NCBI GenBank assembly: GCA_965637545.1
Contig: OZ281494.1
Span: forward strand, 34,224,001 to 34,288,000
From: Phallusia mammillata
Lineage: Eukaryota
DNA: 64,000 nt
Direction: 5' to 3'
How positions within the stretch are numbered: the first letter of the stretch is position 1; each line of letters starts with the position of its first letter. Made by a program: the position numbers and the translations under genes. This document shows, piece by piece, positions 37,307-50,200 of the stretch. The notes under the pieces were generated by a model. It worked only from the letters and a program-made list of their open reading frames with translations, had not been told where the DNA came from and did not search any database.

Positions 37307-37972
37307 TAACACTGTTGGCGAATCTTACACTACATCTGCTTATAAAAGTTAAATTTAAAATCAAATAGTCAAATATATATATATTCATTTTAAAATTATT
37401 GTTACAAACAGTAAATTTTAGCAGTAACTTGTCCGCGCGTTTTAGTTTAAACGATGATTAATTTGGACATAAATAGTTGTTTTTAGTTGGTGTGTATTTT
37501 TAATCGTAAACTTAAAAAATGTCACTTCGATTTTGTACTGTAGCAGGACTGTTGCCAGTTCTTAACTTTTTTGATATTTGTCGAAGAGTTGAGTTTATTT
37601 CTCTTAGTTAAAGTAAACTTTACAATTGAACAGTAGCCAAGCTGAAAATAGCTGCGCAACGTTGCAACGGTAAGAGCGCAAAAAGTGGAAAGCACAATTG
37701 GTGTCTTAATGCTGTTGCTGGCAGAAACACATGTAATATCAACAAGATGTAAGTTTGGTTTTTCAAATCCAACTATACCTTACTAGCTAGCTGGATACCA
37801 CTTCATTCCCGTTAACATGGCTACGGCGAGTACTCCTGCGCTGACAAAAGCAGTTTTGTGACGATCTACATGAAATAATTCCTCCGCCACAATTAATTTA
37901 CTGGTAATTAAAAAAAGTTTACATAATCGAATGTTTTTATTGGACTGCACGTGTTTTTTCGTTTGTTGTAAC

Positions 37973-38331
37973 CAGAGTTTTAAACTGGCTTGAAAATCGA
38001 GTCCGAATCCGGCCCGAACCCGAAAGTACAAGCATGAAACCCAACCCGAACCCGAATCGTTTTTAAGTCCGTTCTGAAAGTTTGATTGACAGGCCTCAGC
38101 AAAGAGCAAAACAACAAACACAATGAACATTAATAGACAAATGTTCTTGAACAGGGCGTTTTAGGGCTGTTTGCGTTAGGTCAGCTCCAGCAACTGGCTA
38201 CTTAGCTGGTTAGATTTATTTAAAAAAAAATACTGACACAGAGAACAAAGTGGGGCCCGAATCAAGCCCGTTTTTTTTTTAAAGAAACCTAAGCCCGGCC
38301 CGAAAAAAGAAGGGTCCTACTTACAACTCTG
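37973..38331. mobile_element. hAT MITE upstream of the kinase gene
   Basis: TIRs CAGAGTTTTAA / TTACAACTCTG, perfect 8-bp TSD GTTGTAAC, subterminal CCCGAA repeats. A related fragment lies in reverse orientation at about 48680-48725. Confidence 0.82.
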
Positions 38332-38622
38332 GTTGTAACAAAGAACACCAAGAGCCTAACTGAACAATTGTAACCACGCCGAGACGACTGGGCTAATATT
38401 GAGTTAACGAAAGATGTTTTTTCGTAACGCTTCAAGTGAAAGAAATTCGGCGCTGCCACCGCATCCAGTCATGCGAATCTAGGGACAAAGCTAGTTTACG
38501 TCAAAGCACATGATCAGCTGCGAGAGGAACTAAGTTGAAACTTTGCTGAATAAAGGAGTGGTTGACAGTCTCAGTTCGCCAACTTTTAACAAAATCTTTA
38601 CTTCAAGTGACAAAAGTTGAAG

Positions 38623-41600
38623 ATGGCAAGTCAATCTAATGTAAGTCAGGTTTGTTAACAGTTGTTAATACTTGTAATAGTTTGTAATATGTTTCATTAG
38701 TTAACAAAAGGTGTTTGCATTCAGATGCGTGAATTTGATGCTGATGATATTCTGTGTGACCCAAAGTCAAGTATTGTGGGTTCTGGAAGTTTCGGAGTGG
38801 TTCTCGTCGGAAAACATAAATCACTCAACAAACTTGCTGTGAAAGTCATGGAATGCCATGGCGGGGAACAAACTAAAAAACGGTTTCAAAAATGGTGAGC
38901 TTGCTTAAAAGATAATGTACTACAGTATGTCAAACCTTTTGAAAATAACTCAACTTATCCATGCAGTACGTAACAAGCATGTAATTTAAACCCATTACGA
39001 TAAAACTTTTAGTTAAAACCAAATATTTTAGGCCTAATTTTATTTACAGTGCCATGGAAGAACTGGGTAAGCTGCAAACTGCCCAAACTGAACACGTAGT
39101 GAGGACATATGGCTGGTTGACGCTGTCGTGTGGCATGGGAATTGTCATGCAGTATTATGAAGGTGGTAACCTCAGAGATTTTCTTCTCAATGACGAAATC
39201 ACCAAAGGAATTCCACTCCGTCTTCGTCAGTTGGTCGAAACAGCGGACGGAATAGCTTTCATTCACAATTTGCCAGGTCACAAATTGGTTCATAACGACA
39301 TAAAACCAGAAAACATCTTGCTGACGAGAGATCTACACGCAAAATTGACAGATTTTGGCTCCGCAAAGCTTGCTGCTACAACTGGATCAACCACTGTTCG
39401 ACTTTCAGCAACTGGAGAAAAGGTTCAATTCACTGCTCTATACACCGCTCCAGAAAAACTTAAAAAAATTACCATGAAACCGAAAAGAGACCATGACGTG
39501 TATGGGTATGGCTTGGTAATCCATATGTCTCTTACTTGTGAAGAGCCTTATCCACCAACGGATGGAGTTGCATTGTTGAATGCCATCATCAACGGTGAGA
39601 GACCTGACTGTCATGCGATTGATGATTTGAAAGCAGGTCTCAATAACAACGACAAAGGAGCAGTCGAAGTGATGGAAGAAGAAATGAAAAGATGCTGGGA
39701 GCACGATCCAACAAAACGTCCAGATATAACTGAAGTTAGAGACAAATTTCAGAGTTTAGTTGACGCACAAAACCCAGCAGCGATTCTGGAACAAGTGACA
39801 AACGCTGTGAGGCAAATGGATTTAAAAGTTGAAAGACCAGCTGAGAATCAACGTGTTCCGATTCGCCAGTTTTCACCACGTCACCAAACATTTGTAACAG
39901 CACAAGGTATAAAGCGAATGTTGGTTGAATAACTAGACACAAAACTTTACAATATTTTTTTTAATTATTAACGTCCTTCCGTTTATAATGACACCATTTT
40001 CGTTATTCGTGCGTATGTACAACCGATGTTTGTTGATTGACAGATTTGAGCAGACCAGCAGTCAACATCGACCTTCCCAGCACATCACGTGACACGCCAG
40101 CAGGTCAAAGTTCACGACCACAACTGATGGAAACAGCACATGGCGTCACATCACCACAGGAACAAGGTATTTCAGTATCGCACACTTGTATTCATATCTC
40201 CCTTCCGAGATAAAGCTTGTTACGTATTTAAACCAAAAGCAAGGTCAAAATCTTTCCAATTAACCATGCCATGCAACTATCAATTTTTTGGACAGTATTA
40301 TTAACTTTCCCAAAACACCCCACGTTGTTTCAGAACAGCCTCGTTAAAAAATAAGTTAAAAACGGCGCAATTTAAAATGAACACCCAACAGCGGCAACAA
40401 ATTTTGGGGGTGACTGGCTGTTATAGGCCAGGGGTGGCCAACCCGCGGCTCGCAAGCCGCATGCGGCTCTTCGCCTGGTTTTATGCGGCTCTTACGTCGT
40501 TGTCGAAGTTTGGGGCCATTGTGTATATTTGGGTTACTATGTGGCGATCCGGTACAAAAATCGTTAAATTGAAAGTAAAGTTTTGACAATTTTGCTTTTG
40601 AACAAACTTATTATCGGTATGGCCACAAACCTTGCCTTAAAACTGCAAGTTTATGTGACAAATGGCATGATTATGATGGCATATATTTAATTGTGAACAA
40701 TAAATGGTTGCTCATTGTTGCGTACAATGCGAATGAGACACAAAGCAACAGCAATATTTACAATAAATGTGTTCCAAAGTAACCAATGCTTCTTTGTTTT
40801 TCGGGTTATGACGAACGTTATATTTTATCGGCAATTTGTCTTATGGGTTTGAATTGAGCGATTGTCGGTGGTGAATGCATTAATGACGTCGCAATGAATT
40901 TAGTTTCGCCACTTTGCACTTGGGGCACATGCGCGTTAGGTGTTTGGGGCGCGTGCGCCTTAGATGAAAAAACCGCAAGTTTTTTCAGCAGGGAAAATCT
41001 TTTAAATCAACAGTTTTTGTCAAGGTAGCCGTCAAATTGGCGGTGAAAAAAGATTTTAGCAATTCACCAGTGATGAATCTCACCGCAAGTTATTTATAGA
41101 ATGAGAAAAAGGGGTGTTTTAATTCATATGTTTTTGTTTGCTGGATTCGTTGAAATGAGAGTTTTATGTGAGAGATAGTGTTTGCACTGACCATTTATTG
41201 TTGAAAATGACTGGCCCGTGGTCTGTACAAGTCAAATTGTGTCATCTGGCTAAGCACAGGTCTCTGTGTGTGTGTGGAAGGGACGAACCATTTAACAAAT
41301 GTGCTTGTGTGTATAATGTGGCCCTTTGTGGTAACACAATAAAAAATATGGCTCTTAGGCTTCGACCGGTCGGCCACCCCTGATATAGGCAGTGGAATAA
41401 TAATAGTTTTTTTGTATTTGGGTCGATTGTGCGACATATTTTAGTCTTTTGGGAGATATTTGTAAGAAAAACATGCTTGACAAATTTAGGTGACGTCACT
41501 AGCACAGACCTAGATGAAATATTTCAACCCAAAAGTAAGTTTTCCTCGTTTGTTTTTTGTCGTGTTTCCGCGTGTTTTGTATATCAATGTACTTTTTTTT

Positions 41601-42359
41601 ATTTTGTCAGGTGGAAGTAACGAAAAGTCCCGGTTGGTTCAGAAATACGCCGATTCTGTGAAACGGGGAAAATACAACGAAGCAAATTTAATAAAACAGC
41701 AACTTTCAAGGTTAATCGAAGGTCAAGTCAAAACCACAGCAAATGAAATAAAAACTTTTGCTGTAAAACATCGAAATGCGAAGAAATTTAACGAGTCGAT
41801 CCTGTTCTGCCATATTGCATCAGATTTCTATGCAAAGCAACAAAGTCCCGATGACGCAGCGAGAGGTGTACAGGATTGTGGTTTGGAATTGAGTGAAACA
41901 AGCAAATCAATGTTGGAGAGTGACGTCACAAACAAATCCATTGTAGGCGACCACGTGATTTCCTTGTTTGCTGACATGCGTCACCAGATTCAAACTCTAC
42001 CACAAGTAGACGACAAAATTCGATGTGTATGTGAGGCCAGGTGTTTGAGTTGCATTGGAGTTGGCCTTCTGTTGATCGGATCGTATCAACTGATGGAAGA
42101 ACCTATCAGGGAAGGAATAAGTTTGTTGAAACGCAAGTTTGGAGATGGTGCAGCCAAATATCAAGTCTACGGTCACTTGTTGAACAACCTTGGACTGTAC
42201 TGTGAGTCAACCTCACGTTTTGAGGAGGCTGTGAAATATTCCACCGAAGCAATTGAAGCTTACAGAAAATCTGAGGATTTGACCGAGGAAGAGCGAAAGC
42301 GACTCATGGACAAGAGCCAAAGAAATTCGTGGAGACTCATGACATTACAGAAGCTATAA
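38623..42359 (+). CDS. RIPK-like (TKL group) Ser/Thr kinase with C-terminal TPR-like helical domain, about 638 aa
   Basis: Exons 38623-38640 (MASQSN; uncertain because exon 2 also begins with ATG), 38725-38894, 39050-39906, 40044-40166, 41611-42359, with phases 0/2/1/1 consistent. Kinase motifs GSGSFGVV, LAVK, HNDIKPEN, DFG, YTAPE, DVYGYG are intact. The C-terminus contains YGHLLNNLGLYCESTSRFEEAVKYSTEAIEAY (TPR-like). Confidence 0.88.
40429..41382. mobile_element. Non-autonomous hAT (Charlie-like) element in kinase intron 4
   Basis: TIRs CAGGGGTGGCCAACC / GGTCGGCCACCCCTG (14/15). 8-bp TSD TTATAGGC / ATATAGGC. No transposase ORF. Confidence 0.85.
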
Positions 42360-42446
42360 TATCAACATGAAATCACAGTTATGTATCTATGTTGATGGAA
42401 TTGATGATTCGTCAAACATTTAAGAAAATAACGACACATTATAGCC

Positions 42447-42853
42447 CAGCGGTTCTTAAACTGGGGTCCGCGGTTCTTTAGAGGTCCGTGAGGCAATTTT
42501 GGGAGGACCGCAAAAAGGTTGAAGTACCTGTATAATCTTATTGGCGTCAGTTTGTGCCAGTGAATTAGTGTAAATAAAAGTAAAATTGAAGATCGACCGT
42601 CTACATTGCTTAACAATAACCTTTAATGCATGACAACTAACAAAAACGCCATAATTGTTCGCGCACAATCGTAAAGCTTTTTTGCTGTCTTTGGATCATT
42701 GTTATGCGCAAGTTTGCACAACTAGCAAAAAATTCCTGCAACCAACCTCGTTTTGCTTAAATACACATTCAGGCTTAAAGACCGCGAGCCCTCGAAATAT
42801 AGGCAACAGGACCGTTTTGAAAAAAAAAATAGGAAAAAGTTTGAGAACTACTG
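42447..42853. mobile_element. hAT MITE just 3' of the kinase stop codon
   Basis: TIRs CAGCGGTTCTTAAACT / AGTTTGAGAACTACTG (13/16). TSD TTATAGCC / CTATAGCC. Confidence 0.78.
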
Positions 42854-45689
42854 CTATAGCCAAAGGTTTTTATTTGCCTTGCACACCAACTTTAAATTAC
42901 ATTGAAGTGAACAAATTAGGATTTTAACATTTTCGACTTGTGTATTGATTCGAAAAAGTTTAAATGTAAGCTTTGATGTGGTCAGCCACATCTTGCCTAC
43001 ATCCTACTCCCGACGTCACAGAAAGTCGTACGCTACGTGTTTGACATGAAAGCAAAATGTTTGCTACAAAGGCAAACAGTAGGGCTACACAACAGAATAG
43101 TTGTGTTTTAATGAATTCTATCAACAATTTACTGACTATTTGTCTAGAGTGGGAGAGACATTTTTTAAATAATAACAGAGATTTTAGTAATGGCGTAGTT
43201 TTAAAGATTCTGTGGTACTTTATTAAGCAGAGAAGATACGTTTTACGGGCCAAAACGTCAAATTAAAAATAAACTGCAGGAAACGCACACATTTTCAAGT
43301 TGTAGGCACACGATTGGTAATTACAGGTAACTTTTGCCACTCTGCTAAAAGAAATGGCATTTAAAGAGACAAAATGTCCCGGCAGGTTTTTTTTTGCTGA
43401 AATTGAACATAATTCCCGGTAAAGTAAACACTTCATACTGATGCCGACACCACATTCAGATATTATTGCGACAATGGTCTAAGGTAGGGCTGCCACTCAG
43501 AATTTGAAGATATCCAAAGGTTTACTTAGAAAAATCCCAAGATAATAATATTGAGTTAAATACACATACTTCTATGCACATTGGCTTTGTGCATAACGGA
43601 CGTATGTTATTACAATAAAACATATCGGTATTTCGATTTAATACCTAACTGTTACTGAAATATAAATATTTAATAGTTACCCGGGGTTACATCATACCAC
43701 GTTACGATGCTCAGAAAAAGAGGTTCTACAAAAAAAATATTTGTGTTAAAAGCTTTGAAACCGTCCCTTGGCTACTGCAAACAAATCCTGGAAAAATTAT
43801 ATCATATTTTTATTGAACCAAGGTTGAATGACGCGCGAAGCGCAATCTTCTGTAGAGAAAATTTAGGTATACCAACTTACCGTTAAAAAACACGTTGCAA
43901 CAATCTAATGCACAACCCAAGGTATGCAGATTTAACATGAATTCGCAGTAACTCAAAGTTTTACACATTCACTTTTAGGACTAGAGCAGACACTAATAAA
44001 CGCAAACCATGCGGCCTCGCACAGGGTAATTGCACCACAATGGAATCACGTCACAAAGTCATTGTTGCGTCAATAGCAATGCCAGGACGATCTTTCCGGC
44101 ACCCGTACATAACAGCTTGCACAACTAACAAAAGGCAAGAAATCCGACACCAGGTTTATAGCAAACCTGAATAAAATGCCTTGGTAGACTACAGTAACTA
44201 ATTTGCATTTTCCCGAGTTTTAAGCAAGCCTAAAATTGTTTTGAAAAAGTTAAAAATTTGACTTTTAGATTTCAATTGCCATATTGTTTCGTCTGGTTCT
44301 TTGGTAGCAGTTCAGAAAGCCAATTCGCCATGTTAGTAAGTTTCACGAAACAAACATTGTCTGCTCTGCTCTTGTTCAAACTGATTACTGTCCAAAGCTA
44401 GTTACATAATTCAACCATGAACAAACTGTTCGCGTATGAATATGCACAAGCCATTGAGGGTTTCATTGCAGTCAATTGTTACACAACAATCCTTTGTTGT
44501 ATCACAATATTCAAACGGCTTGTTTCCAAATTTTGGTGACTTAATCCTACGTTAAATGACATTTCGTTGTTCAAATACAGTTGTGTTGTGGGTCCCACTT
44601 TTGGAATAGACATCACCTGACAAAATTAAGATAGAACTGGAAGAGTGGCTTTCTGATATACTTCAACTTTATATATTCAATATGATATTTACCAATTTAC
44701 TATACACATTATTTGATCTACACATATGATTGTTTTTGTAAACAAAAACAAATGGGTCCCCACACGTGCGTTTGTGCGGATTTACAGTAAACAAATGTTG
44801 CGGTGATTTTTAGATTCTTAAGGACAAATTTTTAGAAAGCATTAACCCAACAATAAAAAAAATTGTTCGTATTTTTTGCACTATTATTGTCATCTAATTA
44901 CAAAAACATTAAAAAATGTAACAAATATGTAATTTAATCTCTTGCTTTGACCCAGATATTGTCGTCCAAGGTCGGGTTTTGAACACATTTTTTTTGGAAA
45001 GCTGTAACAGTTGTGTTACAGACACTTTAAATTAAAAAACACAAGTGTATACATAACAAATTGTTTTTCATTTAACTTTGTTTCGCAATACGAGTACCAT
45101 TGACCTGCAGTAACCTCTCAGGGTACACACGCCAAACGACTGTTTGACCTTTTGACTCTGTTTGCAATAGCACGCCGTCCTTAGTGTTCAACAATACCGT
45201 TAAGCCTAATTTATACATGCCTCAAGTATTAACTCCTAAATTGATTGTCAAAAAAAAAAAAAACGCTACGTTACGACGAAAGAAAGTTCTGAACTATGTT
45301 TGTAATACCGACTAGTTGACCTTAAGTAACCCGTGATCATGCGGCGGCCAACCTGACAACGAATATTTAAATTAAAAAAAAAACATTTATTTTGCAAAAA
45401 AGTCAAATCCATTTTTTAATGTTTACTTTGATTAACAAAATTTTGCTTGACATATACAAAACCGAAGCACGGTTATTAGGTTTAAATCACGTCAAAGGTG
45501 TAACTGTAAAACCTTCGCCAAAACCAAAAATTTGAGTGATAACTTTATAAAATGACATAGCATTGCTGTGCAAAACAGCAGATTTTAATCACTGAAACGA
45601 CGTCTCGTAAAACGTCTGTTCGAGGTCAAGCTGAGCCCTCCCGCTCTGCCCTATTATTCGTAAACGTACTCTCTTGGTACTTCTGCCTA

Positions 45690-46350
45690 CAGTGTTTTTC
45701 TTGACCAAACGAGCGTTAGACACATTTACGTTTCGGGGGCCTGTGGTTGAACCGCTGGGTCATTCGGGGTCAAACTTCTAGAGCAGGGGTGGGCAACCTG
45801 CGGCCCGCAGAGTCCAATCATTACTTATTTTTGAGCTGATTAATGTGCCTGCGGTGCTAGTTTTCTCCGATATGGAAAAATGTGGCTAGAATCAAACACG
45901 AATTATACTTGTAGTTCAGCATATTTGGTAAAAAACAAAGCAAAATCACTTTGTGTTCTGCACATGTGCGGCCCGCGATCCAATTTTGACATTTATAATT
46001 GGCCCTACAGTAACAATGGTTGCCCACCCTTGTTCTAGAGGATCAAGTTAAGATTGATAACTAACATATGTCCAAATTTGAATAAATTTAAAGCATTCCT
46101 TCTTTACCACACGAGCAATAAAACCAGCGTTAAAAATTTTACGTTTCGGGGACCTGTGGGTGAACCGCTGGGTCAATCGGGATCAAACTTTAGGAGGATC
46201 AAAATTGGATTATTAACTAACATCTCTGTAAATTAGAACAAAATTGAAGCACTCTTTCTTGACCAAACGCGTCTCACAAACAAGCGTTAGACAGAAAAAA
46301 ATACGGACAAAAACAATATGTGTCCCCTTCAGGGAAGGGGACCCATAATT
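45690..46350 (+). mobile_element. Helentron/HINE-like non-autonomous element with about 156-bp internal tandem units
   Basis: Two diverged units (ACGTTTCGGGG...GAACCGCTGGGTCA..CGGG.TCAAACTT at 45728 and 46141; 156-bp period once the nested MITE is removed) and a 3' hairpin GTCCCCTTC-AGG-GAAGGGGAC followed by CCATAATT. Family assignment is an inference. Confidence 0.45.
45784..46032. mobile_element. hAT (Charlie-like) MITE nested in another repeat
   Basis: TIRs CAGGGGTGGGCAACC / GGTTGCCCACCCTTG (14/15). Perfect 8-bp TSD TTCTAGAG. Confidence 0.88.
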
Positions 46351-46589
46351 ACCTGCTTAACTCGTTTCAACCGAACAAAATCTTTGTTTGGGGCAAATCA
46401 GAATATGTTTTGGTCTTGAACTACAAAAATATAGTCGACTTTAACAACTACAACAACACAAGTACACTGGAGAAAGACACAACAAGAAAGCCATAATATA
46501 TCGACGCGCCTAAAAACCAACACAAAAACGTGAAACTCGCACCCAAAAAGTTTTGGAACAGCTGTCATGAGGATTTCATCACATAATAG

Positions 46590-46810
46590 GGTAGAGCTGC
46601 TAACACTGAGCTTGGACTGGCCCCCGGCCTAAGAACTTTCGGTAGGTGACGCAAAACAGCATCGGCGTTTATGGTGCTGACTCAGCAATTTGGGTTTACG
46701 GTAAGAATAATTTGCTGAGTCAGCACTGTAAACGCCGATGCTCTTTTGCGCCACCTACCGAAAGTTCGTAGGCCGGGGGCCAGCCCAAGCTCAGTGTTAG
46801 TAGCTCTACT
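46590..46810. mobile_element. Mutator/foldback-like MITE (almost entirely inverted repeat)
   Basis: About 100-bp arms (46591-46690 and 46710-46809) with about 7 mismatches and a short loop. Exact 9-bp TSD ACATAATAG at 46581-46589 and 46811-46819. Confidence 0.85.
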
Positions 46811-47241
46811 ACATAATAGCAGCAAAAATGACTTTGGTGACAAGATTCGGACAAGCCTATGATTTGGTAATGCTTCTTGGAAAAGTTGTTTGGAGCAGCA
46901 ATATAAGAGATGATGGAATAATGATTGATACTTAGAAGGCAAACTGTTTTTTTTTACTACGTAGTCAATAGCTGTACAAAACGCGCAGAAAATTTTGTTT
47001 GAAGAGATATATTGTTTGTGATTTGCACTAAATCAGACAATCAGAACTTGTTTCTTACATTTACCCTGGATTTCAAACATAAGCTTACTTAAACACACAA
47101 AACCGTCAACGCTAAAATTAACAACCCTCTTTGAAATTTTCCCAAAAAAATCATGTCAAATTTACCGCCAGTCAAAAACCTTTGCGAACAAGTTTTAAAA
47201 AGTGGATACATTAACACAAAATATACAGATGTGGTGAGAGT

Positions 47242-50200
47242 TTATCGGATGCTTGGGGCCAGGTCGTTAACTCGATTTAAGTCAACGAGAGATTTGGCGC
47301 TTGCGTAAGGACTTTTGTTGCCTTTTTTCTTTTTCTCGTTTGGCTTCGACTGGGGTTTTCCCGTTTCGGGTTTCGCGCCGTTTTTCCAAATGTACGAGAT
47401 TTTGCTTTTTACCTAATAAAACACAAAATGGCGATCGGAATGTTTTTCAAAATAGTGTGAAATGAAACAAGTTTGTGATGTAACAACAAACTCACTTCTT
47501 TCGTGTGTGGTCCACTCGTCTTTAAACTTCTGAGGAAAGAAACAATTTCAATTGTTTTTGTCATGAAACATTTATGTAATATATTTCAACAATGCGCCCG
47601 GCCTATTTCGGCCGTCATAGCGAGTCAGTCGGTTACCAAGAATTTCCAATGCAAAAAGACTATTCACCATATGGAAAGCTAAAAAATCTAGCCTGCAGTG
47701 GGATTCGAACCCACGACAGGAGCCTATCCAGGGATGACGGACCGATCCAAATCATCAGTTGTGATTAAGTCTAACAATGTTACGTTTACATAAAAACAAC
47801 AGTTTAAACAATTCAATTTACCTTCGACTGTTTTCTGTTAAAGCTGGCTTCTTGATCATCCTGAAAAACAGAAACAGATCAATGCAAATCATCGAGCGAA
47901 TAAATGATAAGCTGCAGACAGTGCACACTGGTTCTCGATGCTTTTACATTGATACTGTAGCACTGAGCGGTCTTCATTTTGGTCCCCGAGTACTTGGCCA
48001 TTGTGAGCCAGTTTTCTCTGTGGTGTATGCCCAGTTGTGGCATCGCACAGAATAGGTGAGGATAGGGTTTCTCCCTGTTACTCCTAACAAAATGGAGTGC
48101 CGTTGGATGGCTACACTACCCAATACGGCCGATCTCTCGTCACCAGCAGCACTGATGAGACCTTATAGGCCAAAACAGTGTGCACTGTCTGCAGCTTAAC
48201 AACAAATTAAGTTTTAAATTGTTTTTTTAATTGTTAGTCTTTCACGTTGAAAGTCTGAGTCAAAGTAAAATTAACAAAATCGACATTGTTTATTCGAATC
48301 CACACACTTATTAGCAGTAACTTGAGTTAAAAAGGGCAACTTTAGTCAACCAACGGTTTGCCGGTTTAGTTTTTTTGCTAAATGCCACTCAATTTAAGTC
48401 ATTTACTCAGAAAAACTTTAGTAAAGCCATTTGCAAAGGTTAATTTAGGAACTGAAGTCATCCATGGGTCACTTAGGTTTGAGCACTCGCTTATTCTTAC
48501 CTCTCGACTTTTTTGCGTTGTAATGCCTTCAAAGTTGCTGATGAAAGACGATGTTCCTTCTGCGGTTTCTGAATCTGATTGTAACAAAATTTAATACCTT
48601 GAAATGAGTTTTAATCCAGTGCTTTGCAACCCCGAGTTCGGTAATACCACCAAGCACAACACACCAGAAGTGTAATTCGGGCCGGGATTAGGTTTCTTTT
48701 AAAAAAACGGCCTTGATTCGGGCCTGAATTTACACTCTTACACGAAAGTATTTTTTTAAACAAATTTAACCGGCTAAGTAACCATTTGCTGGACAATTTA
48801 GTCTGCGAAAGGTTATTTTGTGGCTAAAATTGTCCAAGGCCTGATAAACTAGACAAGCAGTGGTTTAACAAATATTCAGTGAACCAATGTACATAAAACC
48901 ACGATAATCAATTTGTAGTATAGTTACTTCAGTGATTTCGTCACCCACATGTAGTTGCTCTTTTCTGTCCAATTCGCGGGATTGTGAGATCATAATCATT
49001 CGTTCTTGTACTGTGCTGTCAAAAAACATCGCGTGGAATTCGAACATGGAAACGCGAAGCTGCAAAAATGAAAGAAATTCTGTTATTTGTTTGGCTGAGT
49101 CCATAGAATCAAAGTCACGCAGTTGTTGTAGGGTTAAGTCTTTCCCGAGGCAATAACATAGTGGTTTGTATATTTGTAATTATTGTTCTGCACCTGCAAA
49201 AACAGTCTGTCTAGTAATGTGGCATCCTGCATAGTTTTCATGTTTGTATCAGCGGTGATTTCCTCGCTCCGGATTGACAAGATTGTACGACTTGTGTCCT
49301 GAGCAGCAAAGGGAAAAAAGTCGATTTGGAGAAAGCTAAAGTGCGATTTAAAAACTTTTAACAAAGTGACAAAAAATTTTTGCAGAACTACTTTAAAAAA
49401 GCAAAAGATAAACGAAAAAGGAGAAAACAAAGTAAAAACATCAACAAGGCTGCTTCATGATGGACACACAACGCAAAACCTCAAAATTGTGTATTCATCA
49501 AAAAGGTTGAGAATCACTATTACATGGAACTCACCCTTATAGTTTTCATGATAGCTTGCACAGTTCTGCTCCCGAGCAGCTGACGTGTCAGGTGACCTTT
49601 AACCAGGGCAGATAATTTACACCATCTTTCATGCATCACTTTATTCTGTGAAGTTTCACATAAAATCAGATGCTATCGGTTTATTGAACGAGTAACAATA
49701 TATGAGTAATTTAGATTTTAAACAAAACAGATGTTATTGATGACCAGCAAGGCCAAATGTGCAACAAAACAATCATTTTTTTTTCAACAGCAATGGTTTT
49801 AAAGTCCATTATGGCTTTAAAATGTTGTTTATAAAATGAATCAAGTCACCTTTTATCACAAGAGGAATTGTACTTTTTGCAAAATCAATAAGTACAACAG
49901 CTTAAAATCTAAACTACTGATATGGTTAAAAACATTTTTGTTCGTGTAAAAAAGGGCCTTCTCTGCGTTCTCTTTGTAAACAAAATATATAATTTCATAA
50001 TGACTTACTGGTTTTGACAACAAAGCAGGGATCTCTGGTTTATTTGGGGTCATTTTTTCAGTAACAGTTTCCATCAAATGGTTGAGATTTATTCCCCCGA
50101 TATTTTCTACAGCATCCAGAAGTTCAGGGTTGCCCTGGAATAGTTCCTGTCAAATACATTAGTTTTATAAGGTTTGAGAAATAATAAAAAGCAGTCAAAG

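Noticed and set aside
39009-39942. Minus-strand ORFs over the kinase exon, and similar antisense ORFs over CCP110, TENT4 and SCLT1 exons
   Set aside because: Antisense shadows of real coding exons.
41514-41610. ORF-track N-terminus MKYFNPKVSF... for a standalone 281-aa protein
   Set aside because: It is the polypyrimidine tract and acceptor of kinase intron 4 (ttttgtcag|GT at 41611), in the phase needed to join exon 4.
43300-44700. Possible gene fragments downstream of the kinase
   Set aside because: Only short ORFs (under 45 aa), no consistent splice chain and no recognisable motif.
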